From: a bacterium
GTDB lineage: Bacteria; Patescibacteriota; Minisyncoccia; JAHIHE01; DAOWLE01
Assembly: GCA_030643545.1 (NCBI GenBank)
Contig: DAOWLE010000005.1
Span: 1 to 62,430, forward strand
DNA: 62,430 nucleotides
Direction of reading: 5' to 3'
A model generated the notes under the pieces. That model saw nothing but the letters and a program-made list of their open reading frames with translations. It was not told the DNA's origin and did not search any database. Position 1 is the first letter of the stretch. Each line of letters starts with the position of its first letter. Positions 45,415-54,336 of this stretch are shown in pieces. A program made the translations under genes and the position numbers.

Positions 45415-46452
45415 ATGGAATTAAATTTTTATCTTATCTTTGAAATCTTAGTTATAGTGTCCTTTCTGCTTATTTTTTCAAGGGCTGTTTATCAGAAAAA
45501 CAGACAAACTATTTTTGAACTTTTAGCTGCTTTTGCTTTTGGCTTGTTGTTGGAAATCGCTAATATACATTTTTTTCATACTTATTATTATAGCGATCAA
45601 TTTTTATTAAGAATTTTTGATGCGCCTATAGCAGTTGGTCTGGGCTGGGCAGTAATTATTTATAGCGCTATGCTCTTATCAGACCAATATAGAATTTCTT
45701 GGACAATTAAACCTGTCTTTGACGCTTTTACCGCATTAGTTTTGGATTTATCTATGGACGCAGTGGCTATTAGATTGAATTTTTGGCATTGGAAGATTCC
45801 TCTTGACCAAGAATGGTATGGCGTTCCTTTCGAAAATTTATTTGGCTGGATTGCTGTTGTTTTTATTTTTTCCTTTATTATCCGTTTTATCCGGACTCTC
45901 AACCCTAAAAGATTTTTGACTAAAATACTCCAATGCTTTAGTCCTTTAATTGCTTACGGTTTTTTATTTCTTGGATTAAATCTTTTTTTGATATTAGTTA
46001 TTGCTCCTTTCCAAATCAATTATTTAGGCGATTGGTCTCACCTTTCTAATTTGTGTTTTAAACAAGATGTTACTATCATCTATCATCCCCAAGTGCAATT
46101 TTGGAAAATGGTTATTTTAATTATCCTTGTCGTAGAGATGATTAATGTTATGGCTTATAAGGTCTTAAAATCCAAAAATATTATTCAATGGCATTTTGAT
46201 ATTCTTTCCTTTAGTATTTTAACGGCCATGCATTTATTTTTTATGATTAGTCTAATAATAACTAATATTTATCAAACTTTGCCTTTTTTGCTTGTTATGG
46301 CAATTTTTATGTTTTTAATCCATTTGGCTTTGCATTTTGCGCCTTTGTTTTTACAAAAAGAAAAACATATCTATTTTTTTAAAAAAATTTCGCCTCAAAT
46401 CATTAAAACTAAAAAGCAGATAGAAACCATTATCGAATCTAATCTAAAGTAA
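45415..46452 (+). CDS. polytopic membrane protein, carotenoid-biosynthesis (DUF422/CruF)-like
   Basis: Recollection-based resemblance (..DLSMDAVAIRLNFWHW..YGVPFENLFGW..). Sits next to the CrtI-like oxidoreductase. Confidence 0.35.
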   Translation: MELNFYLIFEILVIVSFLLIFSRAVYQKNRQTIFELLAAFAFGLLLEIANIHFFHTYYYSDQFLLRIFDAPIAVGLGWAVIIYSAMLLSDQYRISWTIKPVFDAFTALVLDLSMDAVAIRLNFWHWKIPLDQEWYGVPFENLFGWIAVVFIFSFIIRFIRTLNPKRFLTKILQCFSPLIAYGFLFLGLNLFLILVIAPFQINYLGDWSHLSNLCFKQDVTIIYHPQVQFWKMVILIILVVEMINVMAYKVLKSKNIIQWHFDILSFSILTAMHLFFMISLIITNIYQTLPFLLVMAIFMFLIHLALHFAPLFLQKEKHIYFFKKISPQIIKTKKQIETIIESNLK

Positions 46453-46559
46453 AATATTATTTTAGCAGCAGAAAGAAAATTCCGTGAAAGCGAAAATCTA
46501 TTGCTTCGTTATATCTTTGAAAAATTATCTATAATATCAATATATCCTAATAACACTTT

Positions 46560-47906
46560 ATGACAAAAACAAAATATGACGCAATAATAATCGGTGCTGG
46601 GATTAGCGGACTTTTAATGGCATTGGCTTTGTGCAAAGAGAAAAAGAATGTTTTGATAATTGAAAAAAATAGTCATCTTGGAGGAAATTGCCGCACTTAC
46701 GAAATAGGCGGTTATCATATGGATACTGGCCTTCACGCCATTACTGAATTATCTAATGGCCCCTTGAAAATCTTAATGGACAGATATTTTTCTGTTGTTC
46801 CAAAATTTACGCCGTTTGGATTATATTACGCGCGCTGGCAAAATAAACTGCAAGAAATTCCATTGACACTTACTCAATTGTCTTTTTTTGATATTCTTTC
46901 TAAACGGGACAGAATTCTTTTAGCAGGAGCGATGATAGACACTGTCGCTAATTCTTCCTTGAATAAAAACGCGCTTAAAAAAAGCGTTTATGATTATATA
47001 AAAAATTATAGTTTCTCTGCAAAATCGCTTAAATTTATAGATACGATTTGTTATTTTCTTAGCGGTAAATCAATGGAAGAAACTCCAGTTTGGAGAATTC
47101 TTAGCGGTTCTGATTATGTTGACGAGAACGACAAAAGCGTAAAAATGCATTTTAAAAAAATAATTAAATTTGTCAGACATAGTGGTCATAGTTCACATGG
47201 TTATCCGTTGGGAGGAATTCAGGGTATCACTGCGTCAGTTTTGAATTCCATGCCAAAGAACAGAATAACTTTTAAAACTAATGAAAAAGCAATTGAGCTC
47301 ATTATTAAAAATAATAAAATAAAAGGAGTTCAAACTGATAAAGAAATTTATTCAACTAATACTGTTATTTACTCGGGATTTGTTAAAAATCTTCCTAATT
47401 TAACAAATAAACTTAGTAAAAAATATAAGTCCAAACTTCAAAAAATTAAACAGACGAAAAGCTTTACCCTTTGGTTAGGATTAAAAAGCAAAATGCCAGA
47501 GTTTTCATATTTGGGATCAGAAGTATATTTTGACACGCCGACTCCTTATTGGGCGATTCCTGTTTCAAATTTTGATTCCAATTTGGCTCCCAAAAACAAG
47601 CAGCTTGTCGGATTTACAACTATTTTAAAAGAGGACGATTCAAAAAAACAGCTTTATAAATTAAAACGCGCCATTTTTTCCGCCTTGCCAAATATTGAAA
47701 AAAATATTGAATTTGAGCATATCCAAATTACCATTCCTGAAAAAGCGGCAATTACGGTCGGCGTGAAATTCCCTTCGCCGAAATCCCCAATTCAGGGACT
47801 TTACCTTGTTGGAACTGATACTAATATGAAAAGTATGGGCATCACCAGAGCATCGTATTCGGTTTTGGATGCTTTGGAGTTTATGAAAAGGGATAGAGTG
47901 ATTTGA
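46560..47906 (+). CDS. FAD-dependent oxidoreductase (phytoene desaturase/CrtI-like)
   Basis: N-terminal dinucleotide fold YDAIIIGAGISGL. 448 aa. Confidence 0.65.
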   Translation: MTKTKYDAIIIGAGISGLLMALALCKEKKNVLIIEKNSHLGGNCRTYEIGGYHMDTGLHAITELSNGPLKILMDRYFSVVPKFTPFGLYYARWQNKLQEIPLTLTQLSFFDILSKRDRILLAGAMIDTVANSSLNKNALKKSVYDYIKNYSFSAKSLKFIDTICYFLSGKSMEETPVWRILSGSDYVDENDKSVKMHFKKIIKFVRHSGHSSHGYPLGGIQGITASVLNSMPKNRITFKTNEKAIELIIKNNKIKGVQTDKEIYSTNTVIYSGFVKNLPNLTNKLSKKYKSKLQKIKQTKSFTLWLGLKSKMPEFSYLGSEVYFDTPTPYWAIPVSNFDSNLAPKNKQLVGFTTILKEDDSKKQLYKLKRAIFSALPNIEKNIEFEHIQITIPEKAAITVGVKFPSPKSPIQGLYLVGTDTNMKSMGITRASYSVLDALEFMKRDRVI

Positions 47907-47950
47907 TTTGCTTTTTTTCGTTAATTTATAAAACAATAAAAAATAAATTT

Positions 47951-49180
47951 ATGTTTGAGCCATTTACATCCGCTTTTGAAATTTATCGCCAGATTTGGTG
48001 GATTATTACACCGATATTTCTTTGGTTTGCTTTTAAAATGGTTTGGATGAATTATATCTGGGATAAATACGGCGATGAAATGAATTATATTCTTTTGGAA
48101 ATAAAAGTGCCGCGGCTGATTGAAAAAAGCCCGAAAATAATGGAACAAATTTTCAATTCGCTTTGGAGCGTTGAAGGAATTCACATTGATACTATTTTTG
48201 ATGAATATGTTAAAGGCGCTTTTCCATATTCTTACAGTTTGGAAGTGGTGAGTTTTGAAGGAGAGATCCATTTTTATATTTACGCGTCAGATGATTTAAG
48301 AAGCAATATTGAAGGAGCGATTTACGCTCAATACCCGGACGCGGAAATATTTGAAGTTGAAGATTACATTAACAGAGTTCCAAATAGAATTCCCAACAAA
48401 GAATATGATCTTTGGGGAACAGAAATGATTCTGGGAAAAGATGACGCTTATCCGATCAAAACTTATTCCAAAATGGAAGATCCAATAACAAAAACAATTA
48501 TTGATCCGATTGGTACTCTTGTTGAAAATTATGGAAAACTTAGCGAGGGCGAGCAAATTTGGATGCAAGTGTTAGTTCGTCCGATTAATGACGATTGGAA
48601 AGAAGGCGGAATAAAATTAGCCGCTGATTTAATTGGCAAAAAAGCGAAAAAGAAACCTAAAACAATAATGAAAATGCTTGTTGAAGAATTTAGTAGCATT
48701 GCTTCTCCAGCGCCCTCAGAAGAAAAAAAAGAAGATGATGTGCCGAGCTTGATGCTTTATTTATCTCCGGGAGAAAGAGAAGTTGTTGAAGCGGTGGAAA
48801 AAAATATCAGCCAAAAGGGTTTTGAAACAAGAATTCGCTGGATGTATATTGCTAAGAGTGATATTTTCTTTAAGCCAAAAGGAGTCGGATTGGCAATGAG
48901 CCCGTTCTATCTTTTTAGCACGCTTGACTTAAATACTTTCAAAGTTGATGGACGGACAAAGACAAGTGCTTATTATGTTTTTACTGATTCGCGAAAAGCG
49001 TATAGAAAAATTCGGCTTCTTAATAAATATAAAAATAGGGATTTTTCCGAAAAAGGATATGTTTTGAGCGTTGAAGAATTAGCGACTCTCTATCACTTTC
49101 CATCTATTGAAGTTAAAGCTCCTGGAGTTGCTCATGTTGAAGCGAAAAAAGTTGAACCACCGCCAGAACTGCCGATATAG
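47951..49180 (+). CDS. membrane-anchored hypothetical protein
   Basis: Two N-terminal TM segments, then ILLEIKVPR..KSPKIMEQIFNSLW. ATG 47951 preferred over TTG 47903. Confidence 0.5.
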   Translation: MFEPFTSAFEIYRQIWWIITPIFLWFAFKMVWMNYIWDKYGDEMNYILLEIKVPRLIEKSPKIMEQIFNSLWSVEGIHIDTIFDEYVKGAFPYSYSLEVVSFEGEIHFYIYASDDLRSNIEGAIYAQYPDAEIFEVEDYINRVPNRIPNKEYDLWGTEMILGKDDAYPIKTYSKMEDPITKTIIDPIGTLVENYGKLSEGEQIWMQVLVRPINDDWKEGGIKLAADLIGKKAKKKPKTIMKMLVEEFSSIASPAPSEEKKEDDVPSLMLYLSPGEREVVEAVEKNISQKGFETRIRWMYIAKSDIFFKPKGVGLAMSPFYLFSTLDLNTFKVDGRTKTSAYYVFTDSRKAYRKIRLLNKYKNRDFSEKGYVLSVEELATLYHFPSIEVKAPGVAHVEAKKVEPPPELPI

Positions 49181-49248
49181 TTTTTAATTTCTAATTTTCA
49201 ATTTTTAATTTCTATTGAATTTTTAATGACTCAATTTTCAAACAAATC

Positions 49249-49330
49249 TGTCATTCCCGTGAAAACGGGAATCCACTATTACAATAAACATAAATTATAT
49301 TCGTAGATTCCTGCCTGCGCAGGAATAACA
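49249..49330. repeat. 82-bp MITE-like element, inverted copy of 28645..28725
   Basis: Its reverse complement aligns end to end with the 28.6-kb copy. Hairpin TTCCCG-ttttca-CGGGAA versus TTCCCGC-ctac-GCGGGAA. Confidence 0.75.
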
Positions 49331-49415
49331 TTTAAAAACCGTTTAGCAATTAAAGAATTAGAAATTTAATAAAAATTAGAAATTAGAAATTGAAAATTAT
49401 TTAACATTATTTAAG

Positions 49416-50390
49416 ATGAATAACTCGTTGAAAAAAAATATTAACTCAACTTTTAAATTACTATTAGGGAGTGTTTTAATAATGGGGCTAAGCGCTGCCG
49501 GAACAAATTCTTTTGGCAAAAATCAAGAGAATAAAGAAAATTTATCCATTCCGATTATTATTGAAGAAAACGGGCTTCAATTTAATTTAAAAACAGACAA
49601 AAAAAATATTATGAATGTTTTAACTGATTTAGATATCCATCTCAATCAAAATGATATTTTATTTCCGGCCATAGAAACATCAATCAGCGCCGGAACAAAA
49701 ATCATCATCAAACGAGCATTAGAAATAAGCATTGAAGCTGATGGAGAAATTATAAAAACTTTTACAGCCGTTTTGAATGTTAGAGATGTTTTGAAAGAAA
49801 AAAATATTATTTTAAATGAGAAAGACAAAACGCTTCCCGGTTTGGATGAGTCAATCAGCAATAATTTAGAAATTAAAATTATCAGAGTAAAACAAAACAC
49901 AATTACTGAAACAGTTTTAATTGATCCGCCGATTGAAATCCGCAAAGATAAATCTATGATTCTTGGAAAAACAAAAATCATTGAGCCGGGTAAAAGCGGC
50001 GAAAAGGAACAAACTTTTTCAATTACTTATGAGAACGGCCGGGAAGTTGAAAGAAAACTTGTTTCTGAAAAAATAATTTTTCAGCCGCAGCAAAAAATTA
50101 TTGTTGAAGGAGAAAAAATTTCCATTGGAAATGTTCAAATTGGACAAGCTTCTTGGTATGCTAAAGGATTGTGGAATCCGCAGGCGTTAACCGCAGCAAG
50201 CAATACTTTTCCAAAAAAAACTTACCTTAGAGTGACAAATTTAGAAGACAGCAAACAGGTAATTGTTAAAGTTAATGACACCGGCGCTTTTGGCTTGCCA
50301 AGAGTGATTGACCTTTCAAGCGGCGCTTTTAAAAAACTTGCTCCGCTTTCTGCCGGAATAATTTCAGTAAAAGTTGAAGAAATATTATAA
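49416..50390 (+). CDS. G5-domain / RlpA-like (DPBB) cell-wall protein
   Basis: Signal peptide. G5-like segment (..GKTKIIEPGKSGEKE..ITYENG..). C-terminal GQASWY...VKVNDTG barrel motif. Confidence 0.6.
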   Translation: MNNSLKKNINSTFKLLLGSVLIMGLSAAGTNSFGKNQENKENLSIPIIIEENGLQFNLKTDKKNIMNVLTDLDIHLNQNDILFPAIETSISAGTKIIIKRALEISIEADGEIIKTFTAVLNVRDVLKEKNIILNEKDKTLPGLDESISNNLEIKIIRVKQNTITETVLIDPPIEIRKDKSMILGKTKIIEPGKSGEKEQTFSITYENGREVERKLVSEKIIFQPQQKIIVEGEKISIGNVQIGQASWYAKGLWNPQALTAASNTFPKKTYLRVTNLEDSKQVIVKVNDTGAFGLPRVIDLSSGAFKKLAPLSAGIISVKVEEIL

Positions 50391-50410
50391 GTGGTATAAT
50401 TATTTTTACA

Positions 50411-50448
50411 TTTACGAAGGCGACAATATATATTGTCGCCTTCGTAAA
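50411..50448. repeat. 38-nt perfect palindrome of the GAAGGCGACA...TGTCGCCTTC family
   Basis: TTTACGAAGGCGACAATA-TA-TATTGTCGCCTTCGTAAA, intergenic. Confidence 0.9.
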
Positions 50449-50492
50449 CTTTAATTTATTTTATTTGTTGATAAATATGGCGCGATTATAAA

Positions 50493-51323
50493 ATGAAAAT
50501 ATCCATTATCATTAATCACCATCAAACTTTAGAAGTTCTTCAGCTTTGCTTGAAATCACTTTTAAAAAATTTGCCGGAAAATATTGAAAGTGAAATTATT
50601 GTCACTGACAGCGAAACCCAGGAAGAAACAGAAGAAATAATGCGGGAATTTTTTCCGCAGATTATTTTTATCACTTCTGAAAAAAATATTGGTTTTGGCA
50701 AATCGGTCAATAGAGCGCTGAAAAAAGCGCAGGGTAAATATATTTTAATAATCAACGCTGATATTGTTATTGATAAAAAAGAAACGATTGAAAAAATGAT
50801 TGGCTATTTAAAAAATAATCCGGAAGTCGGAATTATAGGCCCCAAACTTTTAAATATTAATAACACCAGGCAAGTTTCTTGTTTTAGATTTTATACTCCG
50901 GCGGTAATCGCCTGCCGGCGAACTTTCTTGGGAAAAACAAAATGGGGCAAAAAAGTTTTATCTCATTTTTTAATGGATGATGTATTTAAAAAAAATAATC
51001 TTGAAAAAGATAAGCCGATTTTTGTTGACTGGCTGATGGGCTCGGCGCTTTTTGCTAGAAGAGAAGCGATTGAAAAAATCGGTTATTTCGATAAAAGATT
51101 TTTTATGTATCTTGAAGACACGGATTGGTGCCGGCGGTTTTGGAAAGCGGGATATAAAGTCGTTTATTTTCCGCAAGCCAGAATGTACCATTATCATATT
51201 CAGGCAAGCAAAAAAAAAGGCGGAATTTTTGATTTGTTTTTTTCAAAATATACAAGAATCCATCTTTCAAGCGCGATAAAATATTTTTTAAAATGGGGGT
51301 TTAAAAAGAAAAAATTTAATTGA
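50493..51323 (+). CDS. GT2-family glycosyltransferase
   Basis: ISIIINHH.. N-terminus, DAD-type (INADIV), ED..W (LEDTDWC) motifs. Confidence 0.8.
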   Translation: MKISIIINHHQTLEVLQLCLKSLLKNLPENIESEIIVTDSETQEETEEIMREFFPQIIFITSEKNIGFGKSVNRALKKAQGKYILIINADIVIDKKETIEKMIGYLKNNPEVGIIGPKLLNINNTRQVSCFRFYTPAVIACRRTFLGKTKWGKKVLSHFLMDDVFKKNNLEKDKPIFVDWLMGSALFARREAIEKIGYFDKRFFMYLEDTDWCRRFWKAGYKVVYFPQARMYHYHIQASKKKGGIFDLFFSKYTRIHLSSAIKYFLKWGFKKKKFN

Positions 51324-52615
51324 TGATGTATTATGCAATTTTAATTTTAGGTTTGCTTATTTTAGCAATTCTTTCTTATAAAAAAATTAATCTGGCGATA
51401 GGCATAGTTATTTTAACTTTGCCTTTTTATTTAATCCGTTTGGAAATTTTGTCTATTCCGACAACTGTTTTAGAACTGATGATTTATGTTGTTTTTCTGG
51501 TTTGGATAATAAAGAAACTCAAAACTCAAATTTTCAAAATTTTTCAAATACATAAAGGCGACACGACATCGTGTCGCCTTCGTTATTTTTTAAGCTCAAA
51601 TTTTATATTTCCAATTTTTCTAATTCTCTTTGGATGCATTATTTCAATTATTGTTTCGCCGAACAAGCAAGCCGGACTTGGAATTTTAAAAGGTTGGTTT
51701 ATTGATCCGCTTTTATTGTTTTTAATTATTTCTAATGTTATTAAAACAAAAAAACAAATCATAAAAATTTTATCCTTTTTAGCTGTTTCTGGAATTATCG
51801 TCGCTGTTGCCGGACTTTTTTATTATTTTTTTAACGAGCTCACTTATGATGGAAGATTGAAAGCGTTTTTTCTTTCACCGAATCATTTGGCAATGTATTT
51901 GGCTCCAGCTGGAATTATTTGCTTTGGATTATTTCTTAATTTCAAAAAATATTTCTATCTTTTTGGTTTTATAATCTGTTCAATCGTTATTTTTCTGACT
52001 TATTCTTATGGCGCTTGGATAGGATTTGGCGCAGGTATTTTATTTTTAATTTTCTTTTTTCAAAAAAAAATTGTTTGGCGGAAAAAAGTTTTGCTTTTAA
52101 TAATTGCCGTTTTATTTTTGTCAACAGTTTTCTTTTTCCAGTGCAATACAGAGAAATTTCAAAATTTCACTAATTTTTCCCGCTCGTCTTTTGAATCGCG
52201 GATAATAATTTGGAAATCGGCTGCGACAATTTTGAAAGACCATCCATTTTGGGGAATCGGTCCGGGAAATTTCCAAAATTTTTATTTGGATTATCAAAAA
52301 AAATTCCCACCCTATTTAGAGTGGGCTGTTCCCCAGCCGCATAATTTATTTTTGGCTTTTTATCTCCAGTGCGGATTACTCGGCTTAATCGGTTTTTTCT
52401 GGATAATATTTTTATTTTTCAAAACGAGCATTCGTTATCTGCCGGTTGCCGGTTGCCGGTTGCCGGTTGCTGTGCTAACAGCGGTGATGATTTATATTCT
52501 TATTCATGGATTAGTTGACACTCCGTACTGGAAAAATGATCTGGCAATTATTTTTTGGATTGTTGTAGGATTAATGAAAGTAATCCAGAATGCAGAATTA
52601 AAATTTTCAAAATAA
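51320..52615 (+). CDS. O-antigen ligase (Wzy_C)-like polytopic membrane protein (second copy)
   Basis: More than 10 TM helices. PQPHNLFLAFYLQCGLLG block. 4-nt overlap with the GT2 gene. Confidence 0.65.
   Translation: MMMYYAILILGLLILAILSYKKINLAIGIVILTLPFYLIRLEILSIPTTVLELMIYVVFLVWIIKKLKTQIFKIFQIHKGDTTSCRLRYFLSSNFIFPIFLILFGCIISIIVSPNKQAGLGILKGWFIDPLLLFLIISNVIKTKKQIIKILSFLAVSGIIVAVAGLFYYFFNELTYDGRLKAFFLSPNHLAMYLAPAGIICFGLFLNFKKYFYLFGFIICSIVIFLTYSYGAWIGFGAGILFLIFFFQKKIVWRKKVLLLIIAVLFLSTVFFFQCNTEKFQNFTNFSRSSFESRIIIWKSAATILKDHPFWGIGPGNFQNFYLDYQKKFPPYLEWAVPQPHNLFLAFYLQCGLLGLIGFFWIIFLFFKTSIRYLPVAGCRLPVAVLTAVMIYILIHGLVDTPYWKNDLAIIFWIVVGLMKVIQNAELKFSK
51555..51580. repeat. AAGGCGACACGACATCGTGTCGCCTT palindrome inside the coding sequence
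   Basis: Encodes KGDTTSCRL in frame. Same core at 61666..61690. Confidence 0.9.
52441..52468 (+). repeat. (GCCGGTT)x4 heptanucleotide tandem repeat inside the coding sequence
   Basis: Read directly. Encodes LPVAGCRLPVA. Confidence 0.95.
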
Positions 52616-52623
52616 TTTACTGT

Positions 52624-52737
52624 GAATTACGAAATAACTTTATGTCATAGTGAGCTTGTCGAACTATGATAGGTTTATTAGGATGAAATGTCGTCCTTCG
52701 ACAAGCTCAGGATGACATTTTCTCCTTTTCGTAATTC
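52624..52737. repeat. 114-bp nested palindromic element
   Basis: Outer inverted repeat GAATTACGAAA/TTTCGTAATTC. Inner TGTCAT..GAGCTTGTCGAA ... TTCGACAAGCTC..ATGACA. Confidence 0.75.
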
Positions 52738-52748
52738 AAAGAAATTAT

Positions 52749-53150
52749 TTAAAAACCTATAGTCGGAGCAGTGATGAAATCCGGATTGATTGTGTAAAGA
52801 ATAAGCCAGCTTAAAAGCGCCAAACCCAATCCTAAAAGAGCGCTAAAAATCATATCTTTTGCGTCAGCCATTGCCGAGGCGTTTCCGGTTGAAGTCATAT
52901 AACGGAACCCGCCGATGATAATCATTACCATTGCCACGATGCCGACAATGCTCAAGAGAAATTCATAAATAGCAACTACATATTTGCCAAAAGTTGTTGG
53001 CGATTCAAGTCCGCTTGTCGTAGGAATTTCCTGCATCGGAGTCCATTTATAATCCGCGCTCACTGATTGAATATCAAAACTGCAAAACAATCCTATTGTA
53101 ATAATAAGTCCGATAAAAATTATAAGTTGGATTTTTTTATTTTTAAACAT
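52749..53150 (-). CDS. VirB2/TrbC-like pilin-type small membrane protein
   Basis: Signal/TM plus two hydrophobic helices separated by a short polar loop. 133 aa. Last gene of the T4SS-like cluster. Confidence 0.5.
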   Translation of the reverse strand: MFKNKKIQLIIFIGLIITIGLFCSFDIQSVSADYKWTPMQEIPTTSGLESPTTFGKYVVAIYEFLLSIVGIVAMVMIIIGGFRYMTSTGNASAMADAKDMIFSALLGLGLALLSWLILYTINPDFITAPTIGF

Positions 53151-53736
53151 AAAATAATAAATTAGAAAGCGTTTCTGTTTCTGCTCCGCCTAATCCGGGA
53201 ATAATTGTCGCGATAACAGCAATAACTACTGCTATAAGAATTAGAACAACAATAAGAATAATAAAACCAGTAACACCAATTGCGGCAATTAATGCTAATA
53301 TTAACGATATTATTGCCTGAACAATAGCTCTTAAAGCTGCCAATGCCGCCTGCTTTAACACTTTCATTGTCATTTTTTTAGCTGCCTGACCGGCAGCTTT
53401 TTTCGCCGTTGATTTTATTCTTTTAGCAGCCGCTTTTTCAACATAATTAACTTTCTCTTTTAAAATCTTTTTCGGAAACTGTCTACCTTTTTGTGAATAT
53501 TTTTGCTGCTGTTGTTTTTGTTGAGCTTGATTAAATTCATCTATTCGTTTTTGATGTTCTTGCTGCTGTTGTTGAATAGCAGATTCTTGTATTCTTTTCT
53601 CTCTTTCTTTTTCAACGTGCCTTCTTAATGTTTCAGTAAATCTTGAAGGCATTTCTTCTTCGTATTGTTCATATTCATCATTTTCATTATCATAATTAGC
53701 CATATCTCTAAGTTTAAATAAAAAGTTAAAAATCAT
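53143..53736 (-). CDS. Gln-rich coiled-coil protein with C-terminal TM anchor
   Basis: 197 aa. 8-nt overlap with the pilin-like gene. Confidence 0.45.
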   Translation of the reverse strand: MIFNFLFKLRDMANYDNENDEYEQYEEEMPSRFTETLRRHVEKEREKRIQESAIQQQQQEHQKRIDEFNQAQQKQQQQKYSQKGRQFPKKILKEKVNYVEKAAAKRIKSTAKKAAGQAAKKMTMKVLKQAALAALRAIVQAIISLILALIAAIGVTGFIILIVVLILIAVVIAVIATIIPGLGGAETETLSNLLFYV

Positions 53737-53784
53737 TTCATATTTATTGATTTTTGACTTTATGGACTTTACAAACTTTTGACT

Positions 53785-54315
53785 CTATCCTTTGTTTGTT
53801 AAAAAAATCGCTTTATCTACTTTCCAGGTATTATCTTCCTTAATAAATTGTATCAGGCAATTTTGATAGTAATTTTCTTCAGCCAAAGTCCGAATATTTG
53901 TTTTCATTCTTTCAGTTACCACTAAAACCTCGGCATAACCAAGTTCAAAATTAATAATTTTAGAAATAACAATTTCAGTCATTATGCCGTAAGTAGGAGA
54001 AAAAGAAGGCTGATTTTTTCTTGTTTCCAACCAAGCGTTTGTTTCCTCTCTGTATTCTACAGACATAAAATCGCTTAATGATTCAAGATTGCTGTAATTC
54101 CCTTCAGTAAAGGTTCCGTAAATTTGAGTGTAACTTTCAGCCAAGCTCACCAACTGTTCTTCTTCAGACGGCTCTTGAGGTTCAATCGGTTCTGTTATTG
54201 GCGGTTCTTCAGTAATGTTTGCTTCTGGATCTTTTTCCTTGCATCCAAAACCAGTTGTTGACAAAGCAAAGACAGTGAGAATGAGAATAAATAATGTTGT
54301 TGTTTTTGTTTTCAT
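53785..54315 (-). CDS. lipoprotein
   Basis: Signal peptide with lipobox-like TTGFGC. Confidence 0.5.
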   Translation of the reverse strand: MKTKTTTLFILILTVFALSTTGFGCKEKDPEANITEEPPITEPIEPQEPSEEEQLVSLAESYTQIYGTFTEGNYSNLESLSDFMSVEYREETNAWLETRKNQPSFSPTYGIMTEIVISKIINFELGYAEVLVVTERMKTNIRTLAEENYYQNCLIQFIKEDNTWKVDKAIFLTNKG

Positions 54316-54336
54316 AATAAAAATTTAAAATGTAAA

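Noticed and set aside
47903-47950. TTG start at 47903 overlapping the previous stop
   Set aside because: It is possible but adds 16 residues with no features. ATG 47951 directly precedes the first TM helix. This is left as uncertain.
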